Positions 9,676 through 19,272 of a stretch of 64,000 nucleotides of DNA are shown in pieces. The notes below the pieces were generated by a model. That model was given only the letters and a program-made list of their open reading frames with translations, made no database searches and was not told the origin of the DNA. Position numbers and translations under genes: made by a program. Within the stretch, counting starts at the first letter, position 1; every line of letters begins with the position of its first letter. Source of the DNA: an uncultured Bacteroidales bacterium (GTDB lineage: Bacteria > Bacteroidota > Bacteroidia > Bacteroidales > UBA11471); the NCBI GenBank assembly GCA_944325415.1, contig CALUZW010000005.1, positions 22,500-86,499 of the forward strand, given 5' to 3'.

Positions 9676-10527
9676 ATGGCCGATAACTATCTCGAAAAAA
9701 AATTTGAAGAGTATGCTTCCCGCAAATCGGAAAGCAAGGTAAAGAAGATTTTCGCGACCGGACCGCGACCGGGCCACCTCGATGTAAAATTTCCACCCCG
9801 GCGGGTATTCGTTACCGGCGGAGCAGCAGGCATAGGCAAGGCTGTGGTAAAGGCGTTCCGCGACGCCGGCTGCCGGGTAGCCTTTTGCGACGTCGACACC
9901 AAAAACGGTCCTCTCACAGCCCAACAGACAGGTGCCCGCTTCTACCCGCTCGACGTGTGCGACAGTGCCGCACTGACTACCTGCCTGCACGATATTTTCA
10001 CGACCTGGGGCGACATCGATATCCTTATCAACAATGTAGGTATCAGCCGTTTTTCACCGCTCACCGAAACCTCCATCAAAGAGTTTGACCGCATCATTGC
10101 CACCAATCTGCGTCCGACATTCATCACAGCCCGTGAGCTGGCCCGTCACCGCCGTTCGCTACCCGAACCTCCTGCCTACGGGCGCATCGTCAACATTACC
10201 TCGACCCGTTACCTGATGAGCGAACCGGGCAGCGAAGGGTATGCTGCCTCAAAGGGGGGCATCTACTCGCTCACCCATGCCCTGGCTCTGTCGCTGGCGC
10301 CGCTGCACATCACGGTCAATTCCATTGCTCCCGGCTGGATTGAGAACGGTAACTACGAGGCATTGCGCCCCGAAGATCACGCCCAGCACCCGTCGGGGCG
10401 TGTGGGACGCCCCGACGACATAGCCCGCATGTGCCTGTTTCTCTGCCAGGAAGAGAACGACTTCATCAACGGCGAAAACATCACTATCGACGGGGGCATG
10501 ACCAAAAAGATGATTTATATCGAATAA
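9676..10527 (+). CDS. short-chain dehydrogenase/reductase (SDR) family oxidoreductase
   Basis: 283-aa ORF with Rossmann motif VFVTGGAAGIGKA, NNVG, and catalytic YAASKGG (YxxxK). Confidence 0.85.
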   Translation: MADNYLEKKFEEYASRKSESKVKKIFATGPRPGHLDVKFPPRRVFVTGGAAGIGKAVVKAFRDAGCRVAFCDVDTKNGPLTAQQTGARFYPLDVCDSAALTTCLHDIFTTWGDIDILINNVGISRFSPLTETSIKEFDRIIATNLRPTFITARELARHRRSLPEPPAYGRIVNITSTRYLMSEPGSEGYAASKGGIYSLTHALALSLAPLHITVNSIAPGWIENGNYEALRPEDHAQHPSGRVGRPDDIARMCLFLCQEENDFINGENITIDGGMTKKMIYIE

Positions 10528-10607
10528 CCCTCATATACCCTCACACAAAACCGTGGTGAGGAAAACTCTCGGGGCACAATGTCTCCCGCCCAATGGGCCT
10601 GAACGCA

Positions 10608-10649
10608 CCGACGACCGGAGCGGCACGCTGTGCCTGCTCCGGTCGTCGG
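10608..10649. terminator. bidirectional hairpin between convergent genes
   Basis: 14-bp stem ccgacgaccggagc / gctccggtcgtcgg, extended by inner ggcac/gtgcc pairing. Confidence 0.65.
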
Positions 10650-10671
10650 CATTTATATCACAATGACAAGG

Positions 10672-12243
10672 TCAGAGAGCAAGAGTCTCTTTCGCTCCTA
10701 CCTCGTCATAATGTTTTCCGTTAATGGTAACATCGGAGGCATTCTCTATCTGCACGGCAGGACCGTCGGCTTCAACGTCAAGGCCCGACATTTTCACTCC
10801 GTCGACACGGCTGATGACCACGCCGGTGCGGGCATCAGTTACCACCATGTTCTCTACCTGGATATTACGCACGGGCAACTCGGGCAGTCCGTTGAAACCG
10901 GCCGCACGGCCAGCGCCCCGACAATAGACATCGGAGATGAATATATCCTTGAAGAGCGGCGTTCCTTCATCGACGGGAGGAATCTGCTGATTGGCATCGC
11001 TTCCCATGTAATAGAGGTCAAACGTCAATGCATCGCCCGAGATGTTTATCATGTTGATATCGCTGATGTGGATATTCTCCACAACACCTCCTCGACCACG
11101 GGCGCTCTTGAAACGCAATCCTGTATCGGTGCCTACAAAAGAGCAGCCCGACACGGATACATTCTTCACACCGCCCGACATCTCGCTACCGATAACAAAG
11201 CCACCGTGACCATGCAGCACGACGTTGTCTCTGACAACGACATTCTCGCAAGGCTCACCCCGGAGGCGGCCTTCTTCGTCGCGACCCGATTTGAGGCAGA
11301 TGGCATCATCGCCGGCATCGAACAGACAGTTCGACACCAACACATTCTTACAAGACTCTACATCGAGAGCGTCGCCATTCTGCGAATACCAGGGGTTAAA
11401 GACCTTCACATCGTTTACAATCAACGACTCGCACGAAAGGGGGTGAATACACCAGGCAGGAGAGTTCTTGAAGGTTACGCCTTCGAGCAGCACCTTCTTG
11501 CTCTTTCTGATGCTTACCAGCACAGGGCGCAGCCACACGCGCATCTCCTCCCATTGGGCATCGCTTATCGACGACTGGGTGGCACCTTTCTGGGCCATCA
11601 GTTCCGAGGCTTTCAACGCACCGGCATCGGGATACCATATTTTACCGGCAGCATCGACCTTACCGCCCGACTTCAACAGGTCTTTCCACTGACGTTCGGT
11701 CATCTTCATCTTCTTGACGGGACGCCATTTATCGCCAGAGCCGTCAAAGACCCCCTCGCCCGTAATTGCAATATTTTCGGCATTGAGTGCCGAGATGGGC
11801 GACTGGCAACGTTTCTCGCTGCGTCCCTCAAAAGACGACTCTATAATCGGATACAGATTGTAGTCGCTGCTGAAAATGACAAGAGCATTCTTTTCGGTAT
11901 GGAGGTTGACGTTGCTCTGCAACACGATGGGGCCGGTAAGCCACAGGCCGGCGGGAATCACAACCGTTCCACCTCCGCGTTCATGCACCGAACGGATAGC
12001 CTCGTTGATAGCTTCGGTACAGAGCGACTTGCCGCCGTTCTGCGCACCAAAGTCGCAGATGCTCACCTGATAATCGGGGAAAACGGGACGCTCGATGGCG
12101 GCCATCTCAAACGGCAGGTTCTTATACACATCATCGGCCGACGATGCCTCCGGGGCCGTCTGGGGCGATGTGGTACACGACGCTGCTGCCAGCCATGCTC
12201 CTGACAGGACAAGTAACAAGTTTTTTTTCAGAATAGGGTACAT
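10672..12243 (-). CDS. GH28 polygalacturonase-family lipoprotein
   Basis: Parallel beta-helix signatures NPWYSQNGDALDVESC, FDAGDDAICLKSG and HGHGGFVIGSEMSGG. The lipoprotein signal MYPILKKNLLLVLSGAWLAAASC favours ATG at 12243 over the upstream 12291. Confidence 0.9.
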   Translation of the reverse strand: MYPILKKNLLLVLSGAWLAAASCTTSPQTAPEASSADDVYKNLPFEMAAIERPVFPDYQVSICDFGAQNGGKSLCTEAINEAIRSVHERGGGTVVIPAGLWLTGPIVLQSNVNLHTEKNALVIFSSDYNLYPIIESSFEGRSEKRCQSPISALNAENIAITGEGVFDGSGDKWRPVKKMKMTERQWKDLLKSGGKVDAAGKIWYPDAGALKASELMAQKGATQSSISDAQWEEMRVWLRPVLVSIRKSKKVLLEGVTFKNSPAWCIHPLSCESLIVNDVKVFNPWYSQNGDALDVESCKNVLVSNCLFDAGDDAICLKSGRDEEGRLRGEPCENVVVRDNVVLHGHGGFVIGSEMSGGVKNVSVSGCSFVGTDTGLRFKSARGRGGVVENIHISDINMINISGDALTFDLYYMGSDANQQIPPVDEGTPLFKDIFISDVYCRGAGRAAGFNGLPELPVRNIQVENMVVTDARTGVVISRVDGVKMSGLDVEADGPAVQIENASDVTINGKHYDEVGAKETLAL

Positions 12244-12606
12244 ATTGTTCTTTTTTATGGGTTTAATAATAATCTCACGACCAAAGTGCATTCATGACAT
12301 CGCGTCACCAGCATCCGGATTAAGGCTGGGCAATCGTTTTTTTAGACCGACACAGCCCGGATAAGTGTTTTTTCAATAGGATTGCCAAACGAAGTTAAAG
12401 TTTAACGTACTCCACAAAAATAGAGTAAAAAATATCCTCCAAGGGGCAATTTTAGAGAATAAACGTGTACTTTTTTAACGATTCAGGCATGAAAGTGGAC
12501 AAAATGAGCAAAAAACACAACTATTCAGTCAGATATTTCCCATTATCTCCTTTTCTCATTTAGATACAAGCCGCGTGCTATGCTTGTTATTCCGGCATAT
12601 AGCGAT

Positions 12607-12614
12607 TATATTTG
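12607..12614 (+). promoter_or_regulatory. candidate -7 promoter box (TAnnTTTG)
   Basis: tatatttg, 73 nt upstream of ATG 12687. Confidence 0.4.
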
Positions 12615-12686
12615 CAATGAACACCTTTGTAAAAAGGTACAAATGACTCAACATTCGATATAACACCATAAAAACTTCCCTACATC

Positions 12687-14081
12687 ATGACACGACTCAC
12701 CTATTTTCTGACAGCTGTCGGGCTACTACTTGCCATGCTTCCGGGTATTGCAGCAAACGATGCCGAACGAATGGCCAAACGCGACGCCATATTGGCCCAA
12801 ATCACCGGTGCCGCGATGCCGCAGAAAGAGTTAAAAATCACATCATTCGGTGCCAAAGGCGATGGAAAGAAAGACTGTAAGCCGGCCTTCGACAAGGCCA
12901 TGAAACGGGCCGCCCGGGAAGGGGGTGCCCGCATCGTCGTTCCGGCAGGAGAATACCTGCTCAACGGACCCATACATTTTGTAAGCAACGTGTGTCTCGA
13001 ACTGCAAGATGGGGCAACCCTGAAATTTTCGCCCGAGCCCCGTTACTACCTGCCTTTGGTAAAAACCAGCTGGGAAGGGACATTTCTGCAAAATTACAGT
13101 CCGTTTATCTACGGCTATCAACTCGAAAACGTATCTATCGTAGGCAAAGGCACCATCGACGGAAACGCCGCAACCACCTTCTCCACCTGGAAAAGCCGGC
13201 AAAAGAAAGGTCAGCAGTTGAGCCGCGACATGAACCACCGCGAGACACCGGTCGAGGAGCGCAACTTCGGCGAGGGGTTCTATCTGCGCCCGCAACTGAT
13301 ACAGTTTTTCGACTGCAAGAACATTACCATCGAAGGTGTATTCATTACCAACGCTCCCTTTTGGTGCATTCACCTGCTGAAATCGGAGAACATCATCTGC
13401 CGGGGTATCCGCTACGATGCCAAACTGGTAAACAATGACGGTATCGACCCCGAATACAGCCGCAACCTGCTCATCGAAAATATCGAATTCAATAACGGCG
13501 ATGACAACGTGGCCATAAAATGCGGACGCGACAACGACGGCTGGACGACCAACCGCCCCTCGGAAAACATCATCATTCGCAACTGTAAATTCAAAGGCCT
13601 TCACGGCGTGGTGCTTGGCAGCGAAATGTCGTCGGGTATACAAAACGTCTTTATCGAAAACTGCACCTACGGGGGCTACTGCAAACGGGGTATCTACATG
13701 AAGACCAACCCCGACCGCGGCGGATTCATACGCCACATATATGTCAACAACTGCACCTTCGGCCAGGTAGAAGACCTGTTCTACATCACCTCCATGTATG
13801 CCGGTGAGGGTATGGACAACAATCACTATACCGAAGTATCCGATATTTATGTAAAAGACCTGCGCTGCCAGTCGGCATCGGCTGCCGCACTGGTGCTGCA
13901 AGGCACTACGACCAAACCCATACGCAACGTATATTTCGAAAACGTGAATGTCGACAAGGCCGGCATCGGGCTGAGTTTCTCTAATACCGAATTTATCAGC
14001 ATCAAGAATTGCAACCTGGGCGGCTACGCCGGTGTACCCACAACCATCAGCGACAAAGACAAGATTTTCGACAAAGACTGA
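12687..14081 (+). CDS. GH28 family glycoside hydrolase (second, divergent copy)
   Basis: 464-aa ORF with a signal peptide. Signatures NNDGIDPEYSRN, NNGDDNVAIKCGRD and KGLHGVVLGSEMSSG. Confidence 0.9.
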   Translation: MTRLTYFLTAVGLLLAMLPGIAANDAERMAKRDAILAQITGAAMPQKELKITSFGAKGDGKKDCKPAFDKAMKRAAREGGARIVVPAGEYLLNGPIHFVSNVCLELQDGATLKFSPEPRYYLPLVKTSWEGTFLQNYSPFIYGYQLENVSIVGKGTIDGNAATTFSTWKSRQKKGQQLSRDMNHRETPVEERNFGEGFYLRPQLIQFFDCKNITIEGVFITNAPFWCIHLLKSENIICRGIRYDAKLVNNDGIDPEYSRNLLIENIEFNNGDDNVAIKCGRDNDGWTTNRPSENIIIRNCKFKGLHGVVLGSEMSSGIQNVFIENCTYGGYCKRGIYMKTNPDRGGFIRHIYVNNCTFGQVEDLFYITSMYAGEGMDNNHYTEVSDIYVKDLRCQSASAAALVLQGTTTKPIRNVYFENVNVDKAGIGLSFSNTEFISIKNCNLGGYAGVPTTISDKDKIFDKD

Positions 14082-14151
14082 ACGGGCCCGATACGCCCGA
14101 CCGAAGCCGGCAAAAAAACGTCTCCTCGCGTGCGAGGGAGACAGTCCATAT

Positions 14152-14189
14152 AAAAGCGGGCGGTGCCATGACAGGCACCGCCCGCTTTT
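14152..14189. terminator. bidirectional hairpin between convergent genes
   Basis: Perfect 16-bp stem aaaagcgggcggtgcc / ggcaccgcccgctttt, with A/T runs on both sides. Confidence 0.75.
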
Positions 14190-14213
14190 GTTCACAATAC
14201 CGATGGCAATCGC

Positions 14214-14714
14214 TCAATAGAGCGTGCGGGAAAGAACGGTCGCAAGCCGTTCGAGATAACAACGGTCGGTATCGTCGAAGGTGGCATAATGCTCGCTGTC
14301 GATGTCGAGCACACAACGCACCTCGCGCTTCTCTCCGGTAGAGAAAACGGGCACGACAATCTCGGAACGCGACAGCGAACTGCACGCGATATGTCCCGGA
14401 AACTGCTCGACGTCGGGCACGACAACCGTCTGCCCTTGCGCCCAGGCCGTACCGCACACCCCACGACCGTATTTTATACGATAGCAGGCCACACTTCCCT
14501 GGAACGGACCCAGCACAAGCTCTTCGCCCTTTACCCGATAGAAGCCGACCCAGAAAAAGCCGAATGCCTCGTGCAACGCCGCCGAAGCATTGGCCATGAC
14601 ACTTATCTCGTCGTCGACACCCTCGACCAGCGCCTCAAACTGCCGGAGAAACGCTTCGTAACGCTCGGCCTTAGTCAACTCCGAGGGTAATACAAAACTC
14701 TGTTCCATAATCAA
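14214..14714 (-). CDS. msrC: GAF-domain protein, free methionine-(R)-sulfoxide reductase type
   Basis: 166-aa ORF. WVGFY, GPFQG...AC..I..GRGVCGTAW and DID blocks are typical of the YebR/fRMsr GAF family. Confidence 0.75.
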   Translation of the reverse strand: MIMEQSFVLPSELTKAERYEAFLRQFEALVEGVDDEISVMANASAALHEAFGFFWVGFYRVKGEELVLGPFQGSVACYRIKYGRGVCGTAWAQGQTVVVPDVEQFPGHIACSSLSRSEIVVPVFSTGEKREVRCVLDIDSEHYATFDDTDRCYLERLATVLSRTLY

Positions 14715-14785
14715 AGTACATAAGAATTCGACTTCAAAATTACAACAAAACTTTCATATCAGCGCCCTCGGCTATTTGACAACCC

Positions 14786-16138
14786 TCAATCGCCATAGTC
14801 GTCGAGGCGGCCGCTCCATAAATATTTTCGGGTTTCGGAGGCGACAACGCCCGATAACAGCAGCAACGAAATCAGATTGGGAATGGCCATGAAGGCGTTC
14901 ATGCCGTCGGCCAAGTTCCACACGATGGAGAGTTGCATCACCGAGCCGAAATAGATGGCCACAATCCACAAGACACGGTAATACTTGATGAGGCGCCTGC
15001 CGCCCAGATATTCGATGGCTTTCTCGGCATAGTAACTCCACCCCAGTATCGTGGAGAAGGCAAAGGTGAGAATACCCACCGTCAATATAAAGGTGCCGAC
15101 CACGGGAATCTTTCCGAAGGCAGCCTTGGTCAATGCGCCGCCCTGCGTGTAATCGATGTCGGGGTGGGCGATGATGCTGCTCACCAGCACCAGTCCGGTG
15201 AGCGCGCAGATAACCACCGTATCCCAAAACGTGCCGGTCGAAGATACCAGCGCCTGCCGCACGGGATTGCGTGTCTGAGCGGCAGCAGCGACAATCGCTG
15301 CCGAACCGAGCCCCGACTCGTTGGAGAAGAGTCCGCGGGCTATGCCATACCGGGCAGCCATCATAACCGTCGTCCCGGCAAAACCGCCACCCGCCGCATG
15401 GGCATTGAAAGCCGAGTCGACAATCAGCCGCAACGATTCGCCCAGATAAGCCGCATTCAGCCACAATATATACACACAGCCCAAGACATAAAACAGTGCC
15501 ATGAAGGGGACCAGCCCCATGCACACACGGGCAATGCCTTTCACGCCAAACACGATAACAAGAGCCACCAGCAGGGCGACAACCACCCCGGTAATGTGGG
15601 GTGAAACGCCGCAAGTCTCCTGCACCAGCAGCGAGATGGAGTTGGCCTGCACCGTATTGCCGATACCAAAAGCGGCTATGGCCGTAAACACGCAGAACAG
15701 TATGGCCAGCCACCGCATGTTCAATCCCCGTTCCAAGGCATACATGGGCCCGCCCAGCATCTCTCCGTCGGGCTTCTTCACCCGGTACTTTATGGCCAAC
15801 AGCCCTTCGGCATACTTGGTCGAGATACCCAGCACACCTGTGAACCAGCACCACAACACAGCACCCGGCCCGCCCAGCGAAACAGCAGTCGCCACGCCGA
15901 TGATATTTCCGGTACCTATGGTCGCGGCCAACGAAGTGGCCAATGCGCCGAACTGGCTGACGTCGCCCTTGGCCTGCTTGTCGGTCGTAACCGACAGGCG
16001 TATGGCCGTCCATATCTTACGTTGGGGGACCCGCAAACGTATGGTCAAAAACAGATGGGTGCCCAGCAGCATTATAATCATGGGCCACCCCCACAACCAT
16101 GTGCTCAGGTCGGCCAGAAAAGCGGTGAGAATATCCAT
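14786..16138 (-). CDS. alanine/glycine:cation symporter (AGCS family)
   Basis: 450-aa polytopic ORF with GDVSQFGALATSLAATIGTGNIIGVATAV and ESGLGSAAI motifs. Confidence 0.9.
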   Translation of the reverse strand: MDILTAFLADLSTWLWGWPMIIMLLGTHLFLTIRLRVPQRKIWTAIRLSVTTDKQAKGDVSQFGALATSLAATIGTGNIIGVATAVSLGGPGAVLWCWFTGVLGISTKYAEGLLAIKYRVKKPDGEMLGGPMYALERGLNMRWLAILFCVFTAIAAFGIGNTVQANSISLLVQETCGVSPHITGVVVALLVALVIVFGVKGIARVCMGLVPFMALFYVLGCVYILWLNAAYLGESLRLIVDSAFNAHAAGGGFAGTTVMMAARYGIARGLFSNESGLGSAAIVAAAAQTRNPVRQALVSSTGTFWDTVVICALTGLVLVSSIIAHPDIDYTQGGALTKAAFGKIPVVGTFILTVGILTFAFSTILGWSYYAEKAIEYLGGRRLIKYYRVLWIVAIYFGSVMQLSIVWNLADGMNAFMAIPNLISLLLLSGVVASETRKYLWSGRLDDYGD

Positions 16139-16388
16139 TATACTCCGATTCGGTTCTATTTCAGCCCGCGAAGATACATATTTTTAAGAAAATTCTTACA
16201 AAAAGCAGAATAAATCCACTTTTTTTCTATCCTTTACCACGTTTTATCCCAAGAAATCCATCAAAAAGACAGTACAACAAAATACTTCAAACTCTTTGCT
16301 ACGGGGAAAACGGCACTGAAACAGGAAAACAGAGATACGACAAATCTCCGCTCTCGGCCCGGAGATGCGCTCCCGATCCGGTACGATG

Positions 16389-16430
16389 AAAAAAAAGAGG
16401 GAGGCATCGGCAGTTGCCGATACCTCCTCT
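16389..16430 (-). terminator. Rho-independent terminator of the LRR gene
   Basis: On the minus strand, agaggaggtatcggca/tgccgatgcctccctc forms a stem followed by an 8-T run, 26 nt after the stop at 16456. Confidence 0.75.
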
Positions 16431-16455
16431 GTCTTGCAAGCAAAGGGCAATCACG

Positions 16456-19260
16456 CTACATGAGTACCTTAATGGTGCGGCTGCCGCACTTCACCAGGTA
16501 GAGCTGTCCGCCGGGAACGGGTATTTCCACACATGTGTCGGAGGCGATTCCACGATATACCAACACGCCGGCGGCGGTATATACGGCAATCGGAGTTCCC
16601 GCATCAGCACGCGCTATTGTCAGGCCACCGGCCGAGGCATATACCCTTACCGCAGCTTCGGCATCGGCTTCCACCTCTTCGCTTCCCGAAAAATCCATCT
16701 CCACTATATGGGAGAAATCTTTCCACTCATAAGCCGACTTATAAGCCTCGACCGTTCCTTGGGGCACATAGAGTGTGCAAACTTGTTTGTCGGTTTCCCC
16801 AAAAGAAAAGTTACATTCGGGCGGATTTATGGCTTGGCAAAATATATTTTTCAAATTGAAGCAATTAGCAAAAGCAAAGGGAGCTATCATCTTCACTCCG
16901 TCGGGAATAGTGATGGAGGCAAGGTGACGACAACCGGAAAAAGCGTGTTGGTCTATCTCCGTCACCTCATCGGGAATAGCGATGGAATCGAGGCTGCGGC
17001 AATCGTAAAAAGTCCACTCGTCTATCTTCGACAATCCGCTGCCAAGCGATACCGTTGCAAGGTTGCCGCATTGGTAAAAAGCACAGCGGCCTATCTCCGT
17101 CACCCCGGCGGGAATAGAGACGGAGGCAAGACGGCTGCAACCGCTAAAAGCACTTTCGCCTATCATCGTCAACCTGCCAGGAATAGCTATGGAGTCAAGG
17201 CTGGTGCAATCGGAAAACGCCCACTCGCCTATCGACGTCAACCCACTACCAAACGAAACCTTCTCAAGACTGCTGCAATCGGAAAAAGCATTCTTGCCTA
17301 TCGTCGTCAATCTGTCACCAAGCAACACTGTCGTAAGACCACTACAATAGGAAAACGCCCCTGTGCCTATCTCCGTCACCCCATCGGGAATAGCGATGGA
17401 ATCGAGGCTGCGGCAAGCAGAAAAGGCCCCCTCGCCTATCGACTCCAATCCGGCGGGAAACAATACCGCCGTAAGGTCAAAACATTGATAAAAAGCTTCA
17501 TCGTCAATCGACGTTATCCCGTCAGGAATAGCAATAGAGGCAAGGCGGGTGCATTTGTAAAAAGCTTTCTCGCCTATCGATGTCGCTCCACTACCAAGCG
17601 ATACCGTCATAAGGTCGCCACATCGGTGAGAAGTACTGTTGCCTGCCGTTCCACAACGAAGCGATACCGTTTCGAGGCGCCCATTACAAAAAAAAGCCTC
17701 ATCACCTATCGACGTCAACCCGGCGGGAAGCGATACCTTGGTAAGATTATCACAATAGGAAAACGCCCCTGCACCTATTGTCGTTATCCCATCGGGAATA
17801 GCGATGGAATCAAGACGGGTACAACCGGAAAACGCCCCTGCACCTATCGTCGTTATCCCATCAGGAATAGAGATGGAGTCAAGGCCGCTATCGGAAAAAA
17901 CGCCTTTTTCTAACGCCGTCAAGCCGTCAGGAAGCAATACCGTCGTAAGGCTACGGCAACCGGAAAAAGCATAGTCTTCTATCGAAGTGACTCCGTCGGG
18001 AATATTAATCGACGTAAGGCCGATGCAATACCAAAAAGCGCTACTGCCAATCGTCGTCACCTCATCGGGTATATCAATAGAGACAAGGCTGCTGCATTCT
18101 GCAAAGACTCTTCTGTCTATCATCGTCAACCCTTTGGGTAGGGCGACAGAGACGAGACCGCTGCAACCCCTAAAAGCATTGTCTTCTATCGAAGTGACTC
18201 CGTCGGGAATATTAATCGATGTAAGGCCACGGCAACCCCAAAAAGCGCCATCGCCTATCGTCGTCACCTCGCCGGGTATATCAATGGAGGCAAGGCTGCT
18301 GCAATCGGAAAAGACTTTGCTGTCTATCAACTTTAACCCTCTGGGAAGTGTGACAGAGACGAGACCGCTACAACCTGAAAAAGCATTGTCTTCTATCGAA
18401 GCAACTCCGTCGGGAATAGCAATAGTGGCAAGACCGCAACCGGAAAAAGCGCTACGCCCTATCGTCGTCACCTCGCCGGGTATATCAATGGAGGCAAGAC
18501 GGCTGCAACCGAAAAAAGTTGAGTCGTTTATTGACTCCAACCCGCCGGGAAGTGTAACAGAGACGAGACCACTGCAACCGGAAAAAGCGCTGCGGCCTAT
18601 CGTTGTCACCTCATCGGGAATAGCAATAGTGGCAAGGCCGCAATCGGAAAAAGTAGAGTCGTTTATTGACTTCAACCCACCAGGAAGTGAGACAGAAACG
18701 AGACCACTACAACCAGAAAACGTGTTGTCGCTTATCGAAGTGACTCCATCGGGAATAGCAATAGTAGAAAGGCTGCTGCAACCGGAAAAAGCGCTACGGC
18801 CTATCGACGTCAACCCGCGGCCAAGCGATACCGTCGTAAGGCCGCTGCAACCGGAAAAGGCATAGTTGCCTATCGTCGTCACCTGGTCGGGAATAGTGAC
18901 AGAGAGGAGACCGTTGCAACCGTAAAAAGCACTACTGCCTATCGACTCCAATCCGGCAGGGAGTGTTATCGAGGCAAGATCGCTGCAACCGGTAAAAGCG
19001 CCCAGTCCTATCGCCGTCACCGTATAGGTCGTGCCATTGTAGCTCACCGTATCGGGGACTACGATGTCTCCCACGTAATTCCATAACGACACTGCCACGG
19101 TTCTCTCACTCTCGGAGAGAACTTCATAATAGATGCCATCAACACCGAAATCGTATGCATGAACGTTGGGTACCACGCAAAAAGCTACAAACAGAAACAA
19201 AATCTTAATCAGTCTCCTTCTCATCATCGTTCTATTTTTAACTCTACTTATCCATCTCAT
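16456..19260 (-). CDS. BspA-type leucine-rich-repeat surface protein with T9SS C-terminal sorting domain
   Basis: 934-aa ORF with ~30 tandem ~23-aa LRR units (..IP.GVT.IG..AF.GC..L.S..). The C-terminal ~75 aa (AAVRVYASAGGLTIARADAGTPIAVYTAAGVLVY...LYLVKCGSRTIKVLM) look like a type-A T9SS CTD. The promoter box at 19265-19272 suggests the true start may be M12 (19227). Confidence 0.9.
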   Translation of the reverse strand: MRWISRVKNRTMMRRRLIKILFLFVAFCVVPNVHAYDFGVDGIYYEVLSESERTVAVSLWNYVGDIVVPDTVSYNGTTYTVTAIGLGAFTGCSDLASITLPAGLESIGSSAFYGCNGLLSVTIPDQVTTIGNYAFSGCSGLTTVSLGRGLTSIGRSAFSGCSSLSTIAIPDGVTSISDNTFSGCSGLVSVSLPGGLKSINDSTFSDCGLATIAIPDEVTTIGRSAFSGCSGLVSVTLPGGLESINDSTFFGCSRLASIDIPGEVTTIGRSAFSGCGLATIAIPDGVASIEDNAFSGCSGLVSVTLPRGLKLIDSKVFSDCSSLASIDIPGEVTTIGDGAFWGCRGLTSINIPDGVTSIEDNAFRGCSGLVSVALPKGLTMIDRRVFAECSSLVSIDIPDEVTTIGSSAFWYCIGLTSINIPDGVTSIEDYAFSGCRSLTTVLLPDGLTALEKGVFSDSGLDSISIPDGITTIGAGAFSGCTRLDSIAIPDGITTIGAGAFSYCDNLTKVSLPAGLTSIGDEAFFCNGRLETVSLRCGTAGNSTSHRCGDLMTVSLGSGATSIGEKAFYKCTRLASIAIPDGITSIDDEAFYQCFDLTAVLFPAGLESIGEGAFSACRSLDSIAIPDGVTEIGTGAFSYCSGLTTVLLGDRLTTIGKNAFSDCSSLEKVSFGSGLTSIGEWAFSDCTSLDSIAIPGRLTMIGESAFSGCSRLASVSIPAGVTEIGRCAFYQCGNLATVSLGSGLSKIDEWTFYDCRSLDSIAIPDEVTEIDQHAFSGCRHLASITIPDGVKMIAPFAFANCFNLKNIFCQAINPPECNFSFGETDKQVCTLYVPQGTVEAYKSAYEWKDFSHIVEMDFSGSEEVEADAEAAVRVYASAGGLTIARADAGTPIAVYTAAGVLVYRGIASDTCVEIPVPGGQLYLVKCGSRTIKVLM
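16863..19083 (-). repeat. intragenic tandem repeat array (69-bp LRR unit, 207-bp higher-order unit)
   Basis: Copies of gtcttctatcgaagtgactccgtcgggaat... start at 17974, 18181 and 18388, exactly 207 bp apart. The first ~48 nt of copies 1 and 2 differ at a single base. Confidence 0.85.
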
Positions 19261-19264
19261 TTTC

Positions 19265-19272
19265 CAAATATA
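19265..19272 (-). promoter_or_regulatory. candidate -7 promoter box for the LRR gene
   Basis: Minus-strand tatatttg. It lies only 4 nt upstream of ATG 19260, so a TSS ~7 nt downstream would favour the internal MMRRRL start. Confidence 0.4.

Noticed and set aside
10630-12204. 524-aa plus-strand ORF, and similar long ORFs at 12843-14195, 30017-31711, 36597-37697, 42230-43588, 43734-44573, 55431-56705, 56749-58326, 59198-60367 and 61319-63055
   Set aside because: Each lies antisense to, and codon-aligned with, a gene that has unmistakable family signatures (GH28, folC, xylA, htrA, rpoD, dxr, rseP, dpp3, RND). Their translations are low-complexity G/V/A/R/H-rich strings. They are explained by avoidance of sense TTA/CTA/TCA codons.
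14772-16013. 413-aa minus-strand ORF overlapping the alanine/glycine symporter in another frame
   Set aside because: It lies on the same strand as the AGCS gene but is frame-shifted relative to it. The translation is Arg/Gly/Cys-rich with no TM pattern or motif, whereas the 14786-16138 frame gives a clean AGCS protein.
16139-16260. Possible glycine riboswitch upstream of the alanine/glycine symporter
   Set aside because: The upstream non-coding stretch is short and A/T-rich. It has no conserved riboswitch helices or the tandem aptamer-length sequence I could recognise.
16414-18865. Periodic plus-strand ORFs (16414-17913, 17987-18865) and regular ~69-bp repeats, which might suggest a CRISPR-like or satellite array
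   Set aside because: The periodicity is the reverse complement of the LRR coding repeats. The units are contiguous and in frame, with no unique spacers, and no cas genes are nearby. This is protein-coding tandem repeat, not CRISPR.
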